A DNA stretch of 64,000 bases from Octopus sinensis (taxonomy: Eukaryota), in contig NC_042999.1 of NCBI RefSeq assembly GCF_006345805.1, forward strand, positions 70,432,001 to 70,496,000, read 5' to 3'. The notes under the pieces are model-generated. The model had not been told where the DNA came from and made no database searches. It saw nothing but the letters and a program-made list of their open reading frames with translations. Of this stretch, positions 11,601-26,600 are shown piece after piece (the stretch's first letter is position 1; the number at the start of each line of letters is the position of its first letter). Position numbers and translations under genes: made by a program.

Positions 11601-14600
11601 AGATAAGTTTGCTTGTAAAAGTTGAGATGTTTTAATTGGTACTGGTCTTAGGAATATAAAGCTAATATAACTAAACTCAAATGTTACAATAAGCACGAAT
11701 ATAATTAAATTTATGGATTGTTGAATATAAACAGATTCCTATTTCTCTAGAAAGTGTAATTCTTCATCAAAAATTGTTTGGACAGTTTTATTGATGATGC
11801 ATGATGTATTTGTCAACTTTATTTCTTCAGGCCTTCAATCAAGATCTCCAAATACTCCAAAATCTAGGAAGCCATTATCTGAATCCAATAGACAAGAAAC
11901 AGGTAAGACAAAAAAAGGATTTTGTCCCTGATGTGTTTTAATAGTTAGCATAAATATTGATTTATAACAAACATACAGGCATGGCTGTGTAGTTTAGTAG
12001 CTTACTTTACCACCATATGGTTTCAGGTTCAATCCCACTGCATGGTACCTTGGCCAAGTTTCTTCTACTGTAATCCCTGGCCAACCAATGTCTTGTAAGT
12101 TAATTTGTTAGAAACTGTGTGGAACATCATCATCTAATGTTTGCTTTCCATGCTGTCATGGGTTAGACAGTTTGATTGAAACTAGTAAGCTCAAGAACTA
12201 CACCAGGTTCCAACCTGATTTGGAATGGTTTCTATGGCTGGATGCCCTTCCTAATGCCAACCACTCCAAGAGTGTTATGGTTGCTTTCTACGTGCCACTG
12301 GTACAGGTACTATTAACATGACACCAGCAATGGCCGCAAGTACAATTTCACTTGGTTTGATGAGTCTTCTCAACCACAATATATTGCCAAAGGTCTCAGT
12401 CACTTACCATCACCTCTGTGAGGCCCAACATTGAAACATCATGCTACTGGCATAATGTGTGTGTGTATGTGTGTGTGATCACTTGACAACAAATATTGGT
12501 TTGTTAACATCTCTATAACTTAGCAGTTTGACAAAAGAAACCAATAGAATAAGTACTGGGGGTAATCTGACTAAAACCCTTCAAGGTGGTACTCTAGCAT
12601 TGTCACTGAAACATGTAAAAGAAGATACAAGGCAGCAAATTTTGGGCAGAAAGTCTGATCAGTTGACTTCCTCTGGATGGAAGAAAGACAATGTTTTTTT
12701 AACTTAGAACATAAATAGGTCTAACTAAATTCCATGAGATATTTGTCTATTCTCTATTGATTCTATCAATGCTTTTATCTAACATCTGCCATCCCATTCA
12801 AGTATGATGGTAAATGTAAGGCAGTCATCATCTTCAGCAACACATTTCCAGTTGTTTTAGACGTCCAGTACAGTTACACAGTTTAAATATTCTTTGAAAA
12901 TAGTAAGTCAAGAAATTGTTGTTTAGCTCCAAATCAACCGTCACTGAGTAGACTTATCACAGCCATTCTAGATGTTGCCATCCCATCTAGGACAATATTA
13001 TTTGATGTCTTTTCCTTTTCTAACATGTTAGTCTGTGAGTTGAGGGAAATTTGGCTGCTATTTTTAGTAAGTCATGCAACAATTTAGAAGCTGTTGTTGG
13101 CTAAAAGTCAAAGAAGTTTTCTTCACCCACCCATCTCTAACTCTGCATTAACCACTATATCCAGTCCTTCCCTCCCAGAGCTTGTTCTCTGTAGGATGCC
13201 CTCTATAGCCTCTTTTCTTTTTGAGTTATTCATGAAGAACAACTACACCAGTCTCAGAATTCTTGGAAGGGCTTTGAAAGGCAAAGATAGACCCTTCTTC
13301 TAGACCAAAGCATTTAAAAAAAACAAGAAGAAAGTCAATGAGCTGAACCTTAATAGTAAAGCCAAGTAAACCATCATCCTTCTACTTTTCGAAGGTGTTA
13401 CTAAAATATTTCCTTTTCTACATTTCAGATAGTCTTGCTATGACCTTACGGAAGAAATCACACAAAAGACCAGAAACCACTACACCATATCGGCTCCGTA
13501 AAAGAAATGATATTGGTAAGTATTTCTTTTCTCACTTTTTTTTTTCTAGGCCATTTGTAACTTCTAGCCTGCTATCTCTAGAGTTTACTGTAATGTCCTA
13601 GTCTGGATTAGATTGTTCTTTCCCAACACATCATTTATGAGGGACTTACTCTGTATTTCTTCTTCCTATTAAATTGGCCTGAACACTTTAACATTTAAAC
13701 AGGTCATATGTGGCCCAAATATTCTACCTGCTTTATGTTCAAACTGGCCAGATTCAGCCTCTCACACCTACCCTACAATGTCATTCTAAAAGCAAACAAT
13801 GGCATCATTGAAATCTCAAATCTATGAGATAATGCATGATTAATTCAAAGCAGTATGAATAAATAAGCATTAAATTTGACAGAGTACCCTGAATGCTAAA
13901 AGGTCAAGAGATCTATATATATTTTTAATTTCTTTGTCTTGTAACTATTTCTTCCTGTTTACATGGTTGAGGCAGCTTTATGAATTTTTTTCCAATTTAC
14001 ACCTTGTTGAAATGATTACTGTTGTAACTGGACACCACAAACCATTCACTCACAATGTAGGAGTAGAACTTGTCAGCCAGGTAGGTTGTGGACAGCTGAA
14101 TTGTGGGTCATGCTCAGGGATACACACTAAATTTGGATTTAGTAAGGTTTGAACTTCTAACTTTGTGGGTAATAATCTAGTACTTTAACTTCATGACTTG
14201 TCTTATTAATCAAATTTTCACTGAAGCCAAAAATATTTGATTTTTTACAGCTTACAATGATGAATCCTCCAGTGACAGTTTATGTTCTTCCAGTGATGAA
14301 AGTGACTCAAGCTTTGAACCCCAACAAAAGGTCCTTTCAAACACTGCTGATTTAACTATCAAGGAGTCTAAGGATTCCTCTAAAATTAAGCCAACTTCTA
14401 AAGCTAACACAAAAATTTCCACTCCAAGTGCTTCCAAAAAAATGTCTGAGGAAGATATGGTATGTATGTTAATGCATGAAGTATATGTTATCTTTGTATA
14501 TTACATTATATATTATCGTACATGTGAAAGCATCTGACCTAGAGGTTGCACTCAAAATCACAAGATCAAAACTCAAAATCACAAGATCGTGGGTTCAATT

Positions 14601-17600
14601 CCTGGACCAGGTGATGCATTGTGTTCTTGAGAAAAACACTTCACTTCACATTGCTCTGGTCTGCTCAGATACAAATGGATAAGCCCACAACAGAATAGCC
14701 TTCTAATTAGGAGGGATGTTGGTCTGCTTGAAGCTAAAACGATGCGCAGAGCATTGTGGTCAGCGATGTATAACAACATCTGATAGCCTGATTGATACTG
14801 TGATACCATGATTATCCTACATGCCGTCATATGAAAGAACAGGCTCTTAAGATAAGTTCTAAGAATTCGTACGTGCTATACTTGCTGCATAAGATTATAA
14901 CAAACTTCACACTTATCACAAGGCCATAATTAATAAATTCTGCTAATTTGTTTTTGAGGCAAACTAGCTGATGTTTCTACATTTTAACAAAGTACAAAAA
15001 GTCGCAGGTGTGGCTGTGTGTTAAGAAGTTTGCTTCCCAACCACATGACTCAGGGTTCAGTCCCACTATCTGGTACCTTGAGCAAGTGTCTCGTTTTATA
15101 GTCACAGGCCAATCAAAACCTTGTGAGTGGATTTGGTAGATGAAAACTGAAAGGAGACTGTTGTGTGTGTGTCTGTATGTATATGTTGGTATGTACCTAT
15201 GTGTGTATTAAGTGAACCTCTTGCATTTTATTTCATGTGCCACCAATTTTGTTTTTCTTATAGCATAGCCAATATATATCGTGTTGAACAGAACTAAACC
15301 ACTTGCTTGGTATCCTGTTTAGTTGCCTAAAAATAAAGTTAGTAAAAAAAGACAATACTGATTTTCACTTAAAAATCATTGAAAAAACAGTTGCTGCCTT
15401 CATTAGTTTCTGAGATATCACATTAGAAACTCAGTGAACCAATCAGCCAAACAAATGAAAAAAATAAAAGTTTTTCTTTCTTTTCTTTTTTCTTTTTGCT
15501 TAAGTATGCAAAATGACTGAATATTTAAAGAGTGGCATAATAAATGTTAGCTTTGTAAAGTAAGAAATTGTGTTAATAACATTTGAAATACATTTTTCTT
15601 TAGGTTTCTCTGAGCCAGTATAGCAATAAAAAAGATAAACATGGTAAATAACAATCACTTTAACAGCAGGTGCAGGCGTAACTGTGGTTAAGAAACTTGT
15701 TTCCCAATCATGTGGTCTTGGGTTCAGTCCCACTACATGGCATCTTGAGCAAGTGCCTTCTACTATAGTCCCAGGCCAACTGAGCTTTGTGCTTGTGAGT
15801 AGATTTGGTTGGCGGAAACTGAGAGAAGACTGTTGTGTGTGTGTGTGTGTAACCAACCAACCAACCAACTAATAGTTTGGCAAAAATTACTGATACAATA
15901 ACTACCAGGATTTAAAAATAAGTACTGGGGTCGATGTTTGACTACACCCTTCAAAGTAGTGCCAAAAACTAGTGGAAGTTAAAAAAAAAAACTGTAAACG
16001 TGTCTTTTATGTTCATGTGACATTGCTTAAAACTTGTCTTCTAACAGCCATCTATTGTAGAACAGTATTTTGAAGTACATTCTACAAAAGGACTTACATC
16101 AGACCGAACACTGTCTCGACTGGATATGCCACGAATTGATTTAGACGATTTACAGAAACTTCTAAAAAATGTCTCGGGAAACCATTGCAAGGAGTACAAA
16201 CAGCTTTTTAACAAATATTCTGAATATTTTGACAAATGGTTATTTTTACTCAGGTAATCTATTTCATGAATTCACTGTCACCTGTAGTTCATATTTGTTA
16301 TTTTATATGCTGGTGTGTAACTAAATGACTAAAGAGTACTAAAAGCTGTTGAGATTGGTGATTTATTATTAATTATTATGGAAGTGATAGTGTGTCTATA
16401 TACTTGCATAGATAGGTAAATATTTGATTTTTTTTTATAATCATTTAATTGTCTAGCATTCAGATAACTTTGTCAAATGCAATGCTTTTTTTTTATTCAC
16501 ATTGTTTTAAATTAACCATGCATTATCTCATAGCTTTGAGGTTTTGACGATGTGATTGTTTCTTTTTAGAATGATATTGAAGGGTAAGTGTGAGATGTCA
16601 GATCTGGCCAGTTTAAACATAAATCAGTCCACTCTGCAAAGTGGTGGGTGTTCAGAAGGGCATCCAGCCATAAAAAACCTGCCAAAACAGACATAGTAGT
16701 CTGGGGTAGTCTTTTACCTGGCCAGCTCCTGTCAACTATCCTACCCATACATGCATGGAAAATGGATGTTAAATGATGATGATATATATAAATAAATATA
16801 TATATATATGTTGTAGTTTTCCTGTTTGCATCACCAAATTTGTATAATATATATTTATATGTATGTCCAACCCATGCTAGCATGGAAAACGGACGCTAAA
16901 CGACGACGATGATGATGATGATGATGAATGCAGGTATTACTGTGTTGTTAAGAAGTTTGCTTTGCAAGCATGTGGTTCTATATTCAGTCCCATTTCACAG
17001 TACTTTGGACGAGTGTCTTCCACTTTTGCCTCAGTTTGACTGATGAATTGTGTGTGAAATCATCATCATCATCATCATTTAACATCCATTGTCAATGTTG
17101 GGATGGGTTAGATGGTTTGACCAAGGCTGGTAAGCTGAGGGGCTACACCAGTTTCCAGTTTGATTTGGCATGGTTTCGAGACAGTACTTCTTGATACGCA
17201 CCAAACATTTCGGCTGTTTTTGTTATGCTAGTGCCTGGCATACAAGCACCAACAGTTTGACCTCTTTGAAAGTCTGATAGATCTGTCATTTTAATTACCT
17301 TTTTCTGATGATATCTGAAAAGAAACAGTAATTTTAGCAACACATATTAAGCAACACTAATAATAAATCAAAAGACAAAAATAAACCAGCTTTTGATGGT
17401 TTTATATATATTACAAAATTATGATACTATGATGCTAGGTGTTTCCATTATTTTGTCCAACACCTGTGTATATAATTAGAGAAAGTGTGTGTGTGTGTGT
17501 GTGTGGGGGAGATACTGCTTATGCAGCAGCAGATTTTGTTATACATGTACGGGTATATTACACTGTATTGCAAGTGTCTTACTGTATTTCATAATAATGT

Positions 17601-20600
17601 GACTGCTGCACTGTATAGCACTGCTTTATTATACAGTGCATTAACTGCTTGTATACTAATTTCTATAAGTCATTAACATACAGATTTTTTTTTCTCAGTT
17701 ATGGATTCAATATTATGGTATATGGATTTGGTTCCAAGAAATCATTATTAGAAAAATTCTTCTCTGAAAAACTCAATGGATATGATCATGTTATTGTCAA
17801 TGGCTTCTTCCCAAGTCTGTCAATAAAACACGTATGTTGACCTTTCATTTTATTTCACTGATTTTGAAGATGTTGAAGATGTTACGGCCTGAAGAGCCAT
17901 TTCAAAGAAAAATGAGTTGGATTAAAAATTATTATAGAAAAGGTGACTTTGTGAGAATTTTTTTTTTTATAAAAGACTATAAGTTAGTCACAGGCTGAAA
18001 AATTGTGCAAGTGGTATTAGTGTTTGCTGACTCTCCCTTATTTGTGAAAGCAATGTGGTTGATGTTGAGTTTAAACATTTGCATATTAAACTCTGCTGTA
18101 AAAATAAGGGTTGAGTGGAATTCCAGAGTATTGAAATGCTGGGAAAAAAATCATCAGGATTTTACATCAGTTTTCCATGCTAGGGTTGGTTGGGTGATTA
18201 TTGCACTCTTTGATGGCTTTGAAGACCACATCCCACATGTAAGTTACATTTTTTTTTCATGGTTTCTGTAGCCAGATGCCCTTTCTAACCACACAAGCAC
18301 ACTTGTGCCTATGAATGTTCCCTTTCCCTAATGAATGCCTGTTGACAAAGGGCAAATTAATTGAAATAAAGTAGATATATATATATATAAATATCTCAAG
18401 AGCTAGTAATCTCTTCTCATAAAAAAGAAATTAATACATCTTTGAGAGAGCAGCTCAATGTGCAGCTCAGTACAAAATAGTAATAATGAATAAATAGTTT
18501 TAAAAAATAATAGCTAAAGCTAATAGTCCATAAAATAATCATCTATTTAAATTGAGTTAATTGGAGATGAAATTTCTCTAACATGTGAATCGTGTTTTAT
18601 AACTACAGTTTAAAGAACTTATTGTCTTTCACATTTTAGATTTTAGATTCAATAACAGAAGAGATTCTTAATGAAGAAGGAACATTTAAAACCCTGTTGG
18701 ACCAGTGTGAATTTATTAAGAAGTCTCTAGAAGGTCAGTGGCTTTTTATTTGTTTCCCTCATTAAATTGTTATTTTTATTTTTTGTGATTTATAAATTAG
18801 TGACAGTACTTATAACCTTTGCTGGTTCTTATAGACTGGTGTGACTTACTTTCAGTTTTTAACATCTGTAGGCTGGTGTTTGCTATGTGAACAAGGAATG
18901 AATTGCAGTTCTGAAGATAACTGTCAAGCCATCTTGCTCATGCTGGCATGGGTAGGATGACTTGACAGGGTCCTATGGAGCTAAGGACTGCATCATGCTC
19001 CACTGTCTACTTTGGCATGGTTTCAATGGCTGGATGCCCTCCTAACATCAAATGTACTGAGTCAAAGTATTGGTATTCATTGGTCAAAGTATTTAGAATG
19101 AGATCAATAAGGGTATTGAGAGGAAGAGGGACAACTGTGTCAGGTAGACTTGTTGTCTGAGGAACATTGAAGCTACAATGTAGTATGCTTGTTATTTCAA
19201 TTTACCATAAGTGCAAACATGGCTGTGAGGTTATGAAGTTTGCTTTGTAGTCATGTGGTTCCAGGTTCAGTTTCAGTGCATGGCTCCATGGGCAAGTGTC
19301 TTCTACTATGACACTGGGCTGACAAATGCCTTCTTACTGGAATTGGTAGGTGAAGAAGACCATCAGATCATCATCATCATTTAGCATCTGTTTTCCATGC
19401 TGTTTTCCAAGTACCTTACTTGGGAAACAAGTAAGAGTTAGTGACTGGGAGAGCATCCAGCTGTAGAAAATCTTCTTTAACAGTTTTCATTTAAAGCATG
19501 CCAACATGGAACCACAGATATAATCGGTTAATTGATGCAAACTATGTAGGTCTTAAAACGCTTGTTGAAGTGGCTCTTCAGAGTAACATAATTTGTGGAC
19601 CCATTCAACCATCTCCTAGTATTAACAAACATAAATAAAAGTAAAATTTCTTTAATCTTCTCTATTTGAAGAAGGTTGGAAATATGTGTAACAATAATAT
19701 TTTTATTGTTTGTTATCTCCAAATTTTTGTATGACGTACTAATACTCTACAATAGCTTTATTTTGTTACTTAAAAAAAAGGTAATCTCGAGTCACTGTAG
19801 GTTAACAGTCACCAGTGCTGACTTGACAGGCATTTCATTTTTGTTGATTCAGTGTAACTAGCTGTAAATCAGCCAATATAGTTGTTATAGCTTACCAGTG
19901 TAAATGATGGTATCACTGTAATTGACAAGTGTTCTCTTAAATTTGTAGGGTTGAGTTAAACCCTGGGATAGACTGACATTCTATTTTGCTTCTCAGCTAA
20001 TTAACACTGTAAAGACTAAAAGTAAACTTAATCAGCCCACAATTCCTTCCAGTTAGTGCAATAAGAAAATAAAAATATATTTTAAATATTGATTTATAGC
20101 TTTGGGTACAAGATCACACATTGGTAATGAAAGAACTATAGTTAAGTAAATTAATGCAGTACATTACTGGTATCTGTAGGCAAAATTAAATATAACAGGG
20201 TTAGAAAAATACATAAAGGCATGTTTAAAAAAATGGAAAAAATTCATCCTTCTATCACTTCTACCATTCTGTCAACCTTCTATCAAAGATACAAGGGTGA
20301 CAAATTTTTGTGAAGGGGTACATCCAATTAAATTAAACCAGTACTTGACTAGTTCTTATTTTATCAACTTGGAAAGCTGAAAGCCAAAATCATTCAGGTG
20401 GAATTTGCAATAAATGCTGCAGGAGATTTTGTCCACCTCTCTATTAATTTACTCCTGAATCTATTATGAGATGGATATTAGCAGGAACATGGAAATTTAT
20501 ATTATATCATGTTTGAACCCATTGGAGTTTTCTTATCACAAAGCAATATTACATTGTTGACGACTGCTTTTCAATTTTGCTTGTTCTATATTCAAAAGAA

Positions 20601-23600
20601 TGTGAAGAAGATATGGTAAGTAGGAAGTGTCAGTTGTTTCAACAAACAGAGATACATGCAGAATGACATAACTCTTTACCTGTCCAAAGCATTTTCATTT
20701 GTTTCATATGTTTTGAGTAATCTAAAGTTCCTCTAGTTGTTGAAAAAAAATTGGGCGTGCCGGTGGCACGTAAAAAGCACCATCCGACCGTGGCCGTTGC
20801 CAGCTTCATCTGGTCTCCATGCCGGTGGCATGTAAAAAGCACCATCCGATCGTGGCCGTTTGCCAGCCTCATCTGGCACCTAAAAAGCACCCACTACACT
20901 CACGGAGTGTTTGGTGTTAGGAAAGGCATCCAGCTGTAGAAACACTGCCAGATTAGACTGGGCCTGGTGCAGCCACCTGGCTTCCCAGACCCCAGTTGAA
21001 CTGTCCAACCCATGCTAGCATGGAAAGCAGACGTTAAACGATGATGATATTATATACAGGGTTGGCCAAAAGTCACTTGACTGTAAATCAAAATTCCATA
21101 AATTCTATCTAATTCTGTATTGACTCAAATGGAAAAATGTATTGCTCAAGAAGGACTTCAGTTTGAACAATTTTCATGATGTTTCATATTTAGATGTTTT
21201 TATTAAATTCATTCAATTGTTAAACATAAATAAATCTTGGAATTAAATGGTATTGATTTACTGCCCAGTGACTTTTGGCCAACCCCGTATAATGCATAGA
21301 CACCAAGGAAACAATTTGAGTGTCACAGGACAGGCAAACAGTTAAGTACAGTAGCTCAGAAAGAATTGAACTTACTTTCTGGGTCTTAATGCCACTATCC
21401 ACCACTACTGCTGCACAGCAGGGCTATAGGAAGGTTCATGACATTAATATTTGGATGATGAATTGTGTTGTTAACTTATCTACTAATTAACAAAGTATAT
21501 TTTGTTTTTTTTCATTTATTTTTAATACAGATGATGACAGAGATTTCTACCTGTTAATCCATAATATTGATGGCATCATGTTACGTTCAGCTAAAGTCCA
21601 GAATATATTTAGTTTCCTATGTAAAATTAAGCGTTTCCATATGGTCGCTTCTGTTGATCACATAAATGCACCTTTAAGTAAGTCATTTAACTCCTCTATC
21701 TTTCTTTCTCTCGTTTTGCATCCATTTTTTCTTGCATGTGTACATAGAAAGGTTTTTGTGATGAAATCATTAGTTTTGCAGCCGGATGGTGTCTTTTCCT
21801 TCTGTTAAACATTTAATTGTTTACTGCTTACTAAAATTTTTGGCAATCATAATTCTGTAGTATTGTTTCTTCTATTGTTTCTTCTACGTTAATAAGAACA
21901 CTGAGACATAGAATTTTTCTAATATTTTAAACTTTGTTATGATTGTTATTAATGGCTAGCTGCAACTGAGCAAGTTGGTACTATGGTATAAATATTTAAC
22001 TTCAGCTGTAATTGGTATTATGCTGAGCCACAGCTCACAAGTGCATTAATAGAATGCAGTGAGGAATTCAAATTCCATTATAGACCTTGAAATGACAGTA
22101 AACAAATTCAAATCTGTGTTTGACATAAAATCTCCCTGATCCAACAATCCAATGTGACATTATTTCATTGAAAGACCAACATCACTGTATAATAATTGTG
22201 TCTGTTACTATAGCTGACACTTTACAGAAAATTAGGGAATAAATTCCATACATGAATCGAAGTGTTGACTTGAACCCAGGTTTTATGAGTGAATGAGTGA
22301 AAACAAAATGGTTCAGTTACTAATCGTATGTTCCTAGTTGGAATTTAAACCACAAATTCCTAGATATATTGCCATGTATAAAATGTTTTGTTATGTACTC
22401 ATTTCCAGCTTACATCAGTCTGGAAGAAGAGTGGGATCATCTATATGGTTGCTTCATCTGTTGAATAGAGCTGCTAGGTTTTCCTCTACAAATCTCCTTA
22501 TTGTCTTTAATATAGAACCAACAGGAAGGATTTGGTGAATTTTTTCAACTGGAACAATGCTGTTACCAAATCCTCCTCAATAATTTCCATACTGTCTTTA
22601 GCATGTAGCCAGCATGGAAGCTTTTATGTAAATACTCAGTATGCACAATATAGCAACCAAAACTGCTTCCACAAGCCCTGTATAGTGTAAAATAGGGATC
22701 ATGCATTCTACTTCTAAATATTATTATTACCATGTCCTATAATTGATCAAATACTTCATACTTGTGGGGCTGATCAAAGAACTATTCGAAGACAACAAAA
22801 CCCCAACCTTATATTGTTGTATTTAATGCAATTTTTTCATTGTTTTTATTGTAATGTAATTTTGCTATTTCAGTCTGGGACCAGATGCGCTACATCAAAT
22901 TCAATTGGTTGTGGTGTGATGTAACTACTTATGAGCCTTACATGGAGGAAACAGCCTATGAAAATTCCCTGATGGTGCAACAATCTGGACGTTTAGCACT
23001 GAGCTCCCTGTCACATGTCATGCATAGTTTAACATCAAATGCTAAAGGGATATTCATGCTTCTTGCTCGCTATCAAATGGAAAATCAAGCCAGTGTTCAG
23101 AACTATCAAGGTAACTTTCTCGTAAAACTATTTTGTATGTATGCTATTGAAAGAGTCAGAAAATTGAGTTAATGGGTTCTTCACAAACTTCCGAGTCTAG
23201 TCACATGCGGAGAGTGAATGTGTGCTCTTCTTTACTGTTACATTTCACAAATGAACCCTTTTTGAACCAAATAGTGACAAGAAATTGGTTCTCTATAAAA
23301 ATGTCAAGCACCAAAGACAGTGGGTCAGGAAAAGAGTAACACTAGCACCCCAGGCTAAAGAAGGTCTTCACCCACATAAGGTGTTGTTATCTGTTTGGTG
23401 GGATATAAAAGGTTTAGTCCACTTTGAACTTTTAAACCCAACCAAATAATAACAAAGGAGATCTACTGTGAGCAGCTTAAGTCAGCACTAGAAGAAAAAC
23501 AAGCATCTTTGGTTTCAAGATGAAAAGTGTTCTTCCATCAGGATAATGCTTGGCCACATACAGCGAGGATGACATTCCAAAGGCTGGAGCAGTTTGAATG

Positions 23601-26600
23601 GGAAATGATGCCCCACATACCATATATGCACCAGACATGCCCCATCTGATTATTTTTTATTCTGCAGTCTGCAAAATCATTTGGATGAAAAAAATATGAA
23701 TTTTGTAGATAAGGTCAGAACAATACTGGAGGAATATTTTTCGTCATGGACAAGTGAACTTTGGAAGAGGAGCCTTGCAAGTCTACCAGATAGATGGAAG
23801 AGCTTTGTAGAAAATGAAGGAGAGTATAGATTAGATTAAAAAAGAACTTTGTTTATCATAATTTTAAAAAATAAAGGAAGAAAAAAAGAACTGCATTATT
23901 TATGGGATGACCCAATATTTATTGAAATGGGGATGTGTGCATACACACACATATGTCTGCATGCACACACGTACATCATCTTCATCCTCCTCATCATCAT
24001 CATGTTGACATGGGTTGGACAGTTTGACAGGAGCTGGAGAGCTACATCAGGCTCCAATTGTCTGCTTTGGTGAGGTTTCAGGGATTGGATGTCCTTCCTA
24101 ACACCAACCATTTTACAGAGTGTACTGGGTGCTTTTACATGGCACTAGCATGTATGTCATAATATTGGGTTTACCTTCTATCCAAAATAGTAGTCTTTTC
24201 CATTGATTCCAAAATGTTACTATGTATGTGTGTTTGATGAGTGTTTTGAATTCGTTGAAGATCCAATAATTATATTGACTCTATTTTCTTTAATTCTCTT
24301 AAACTCTTGCTCTATTATAGTAAACCATTTCCCAGTTTCTTTCAGATTCTTTCCATTTTAGAAGTTGATTTAATATCTTAATTTTTATTTGCAGAGAAAG
24401 TTTATTTCTCTGCAGTTCTCTTATTCAATTTTTTGCAGCTCTATTACTGAATCTTGAAAATAAAATCTTATGTGTTAGCTTAGAGTATATCTGCCTCATT
24501 ATTGAAGAAGTGAAATTAAAGTAAAATGAAAAACAAACAACAAAATGGTGTTGCTGCATATGTAAAATATATAAGAAGGTGACCTGAAAAGTTCATAGGT
24601 TGACTATGAAGGAGTGATGCTAGAGCTCTGAAATCATCATCATCATCATCATCATCATTTAGTGTCCGCTTTCCATGCTAGCATGGGTTGGACGGTATAA
24701 TCTTGCATGCATTAATTTTGATTCTTCTTATTAATAACTGTAGTGGTTCTTTCCCGATAAACTGACTTCTGACTGTTCAGAGACTTCAAAAGTAACTAGT
24801 AGCAACTTCTTTTGAAAATGGACAAAATTTGGCATCATGTTGTTATCAAGCACCTGCAGAAAAATGTTTCCCTCAGCCAAGATGAGTGTTGGGTTCATCA
24901 CTTCGAGCCAAAGACAAAGAAACAATCTATGCAGTGGAAACACTCCTCCTCACCTGTTCCAAAGAAAGCCAAGGTCGTTTCATCTGTCAGGAAGGTGACA
25001 GCCTCAGTTTTTTGGGATGCAAAATGCATTGTGTTTATTAACTATATTTAAAAGGGCCACATCATCAATGAAAGGTGCTATGCCAACTTGTTGAGGTAGT
25101 TACAAAAGGCTATCAAGACCAAACACCCAGGAAAACTCATGAAACGGGTCTTGTTTCATCAGGACAGTGCTCTAGCACACAAGTCCTAAGTTTCAATGGC
25201 TGCAGTGTGTAAATGGCTTTGAACTGGTTGATTAACCTCCCTATTCTCCTGATTTGGTCCCATCTGACTATCATTTGCTCCTCAATGTGAAAAAACACTT
25301 GGCTGGGAATTAGTGTTGCAGTGATGCTGTCACATCAGCTGTTGGTGACTTTTTTGACTAACAAGACGAAAGATTTTTCAGCAATGGGATCCAAGCGCTA
25401 CAACACCAATGGAAGAAGCATGTGGACCACAAAGAGAAGTATGTTGAAAAATAAACCTCATTTGGTCACACTCCATGAGAGCATCTTGATCATCCTATGA
25501 ATTTTTCAGCTTGCCCTCATAAAAAAAAAGTTTTTTAAAATGACCAAAATCAAAACTGTGCAAAGTACTCTATAAACTGGTGGACCACTGTACATAAAAA
25601 TTAGTTTAGCTAGTTTTATGTATTTTAAATTTTTGACATTAATTTCAGTAATATGCTTGTATCTAGTATTTATCAATTTATTCATTTATGATTTTAGTTA
25701 GTAAAAGTTGGATGTGGAGACCCTTGTGACTGTTACAGGCTCTCCTTCACTGGTTGTTCATCTTTCTCAACTTGTCTATTAGTTATCTATCTTTACCTAA
25801 ATACCAGTATTTACCTTACTTTAATCCTTTCATTACCATATTTCTGTTGAAATGTGCTGCTTTTGTTTAAATTAATTTGAAAATAATAAGATTTTAGTTA
25901 GATAAATGTTTAAGTGGGTGTTTAGAACATTAATTAACATGAAATTTTGATGGAAGGTTTTAATTTAGATCACTTGAACAAAATAAGTTTGTATCATTAT
26001 TGTGGCAGGAGTACAATGCTCTATGACGAGAATAGACGGGACCACTACATATAAATAGTAGCAGTCTGATGTAGTCGGCAGTTTCCTAGTTTGGTTTTCG
26101 AAGTCCAGGTACAATTTACAGTTTGAGTTATCAATTGCTATCAATTTATGGGCCAAAGAAAGGGAACCGACTACAACATTGGGGTGTAATATTACTAAAT
26201 TATAATTTCAAAATTCAATATATTCCATTGAAAAAATTGATCATGTGAAGTGTCTATCAAGACTAATTCCCAAAAATGCTGAACCACTAGAAGATACCGC
26301 GACAGCTGCACTGCAGGCAGAAAATGAAATAAAAAGTGTTATGACTAATGTTATCCAAGAACTGCCAGTGACTGTACAGGATATAAAAATGAAATCTGTA
26401 GGTAATGAGTATATTACAAAGATGAAAAAAGCTTTAAAAAATAAGCAGAATAAAAATACAAATTTGAGTAGTTTCTCAAAATGCAATGATATTCTGATGT
26501 ATGTGCAAAGAGTTGTAGTACTGACTACATTACAAAAATGTGTATTGCAGTAGTTCCACAGCAAACACCCAGGAATGTCAAGGATGAAAGTACTTTGAGA

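Noticed and set aside
18640-18646. Alternative downstream AG acceptors at ORC2 exons 10 and 14
   Set aside because: Both lie 7 nt downstream and would frameshift; the upstream AG restores conserved residues.
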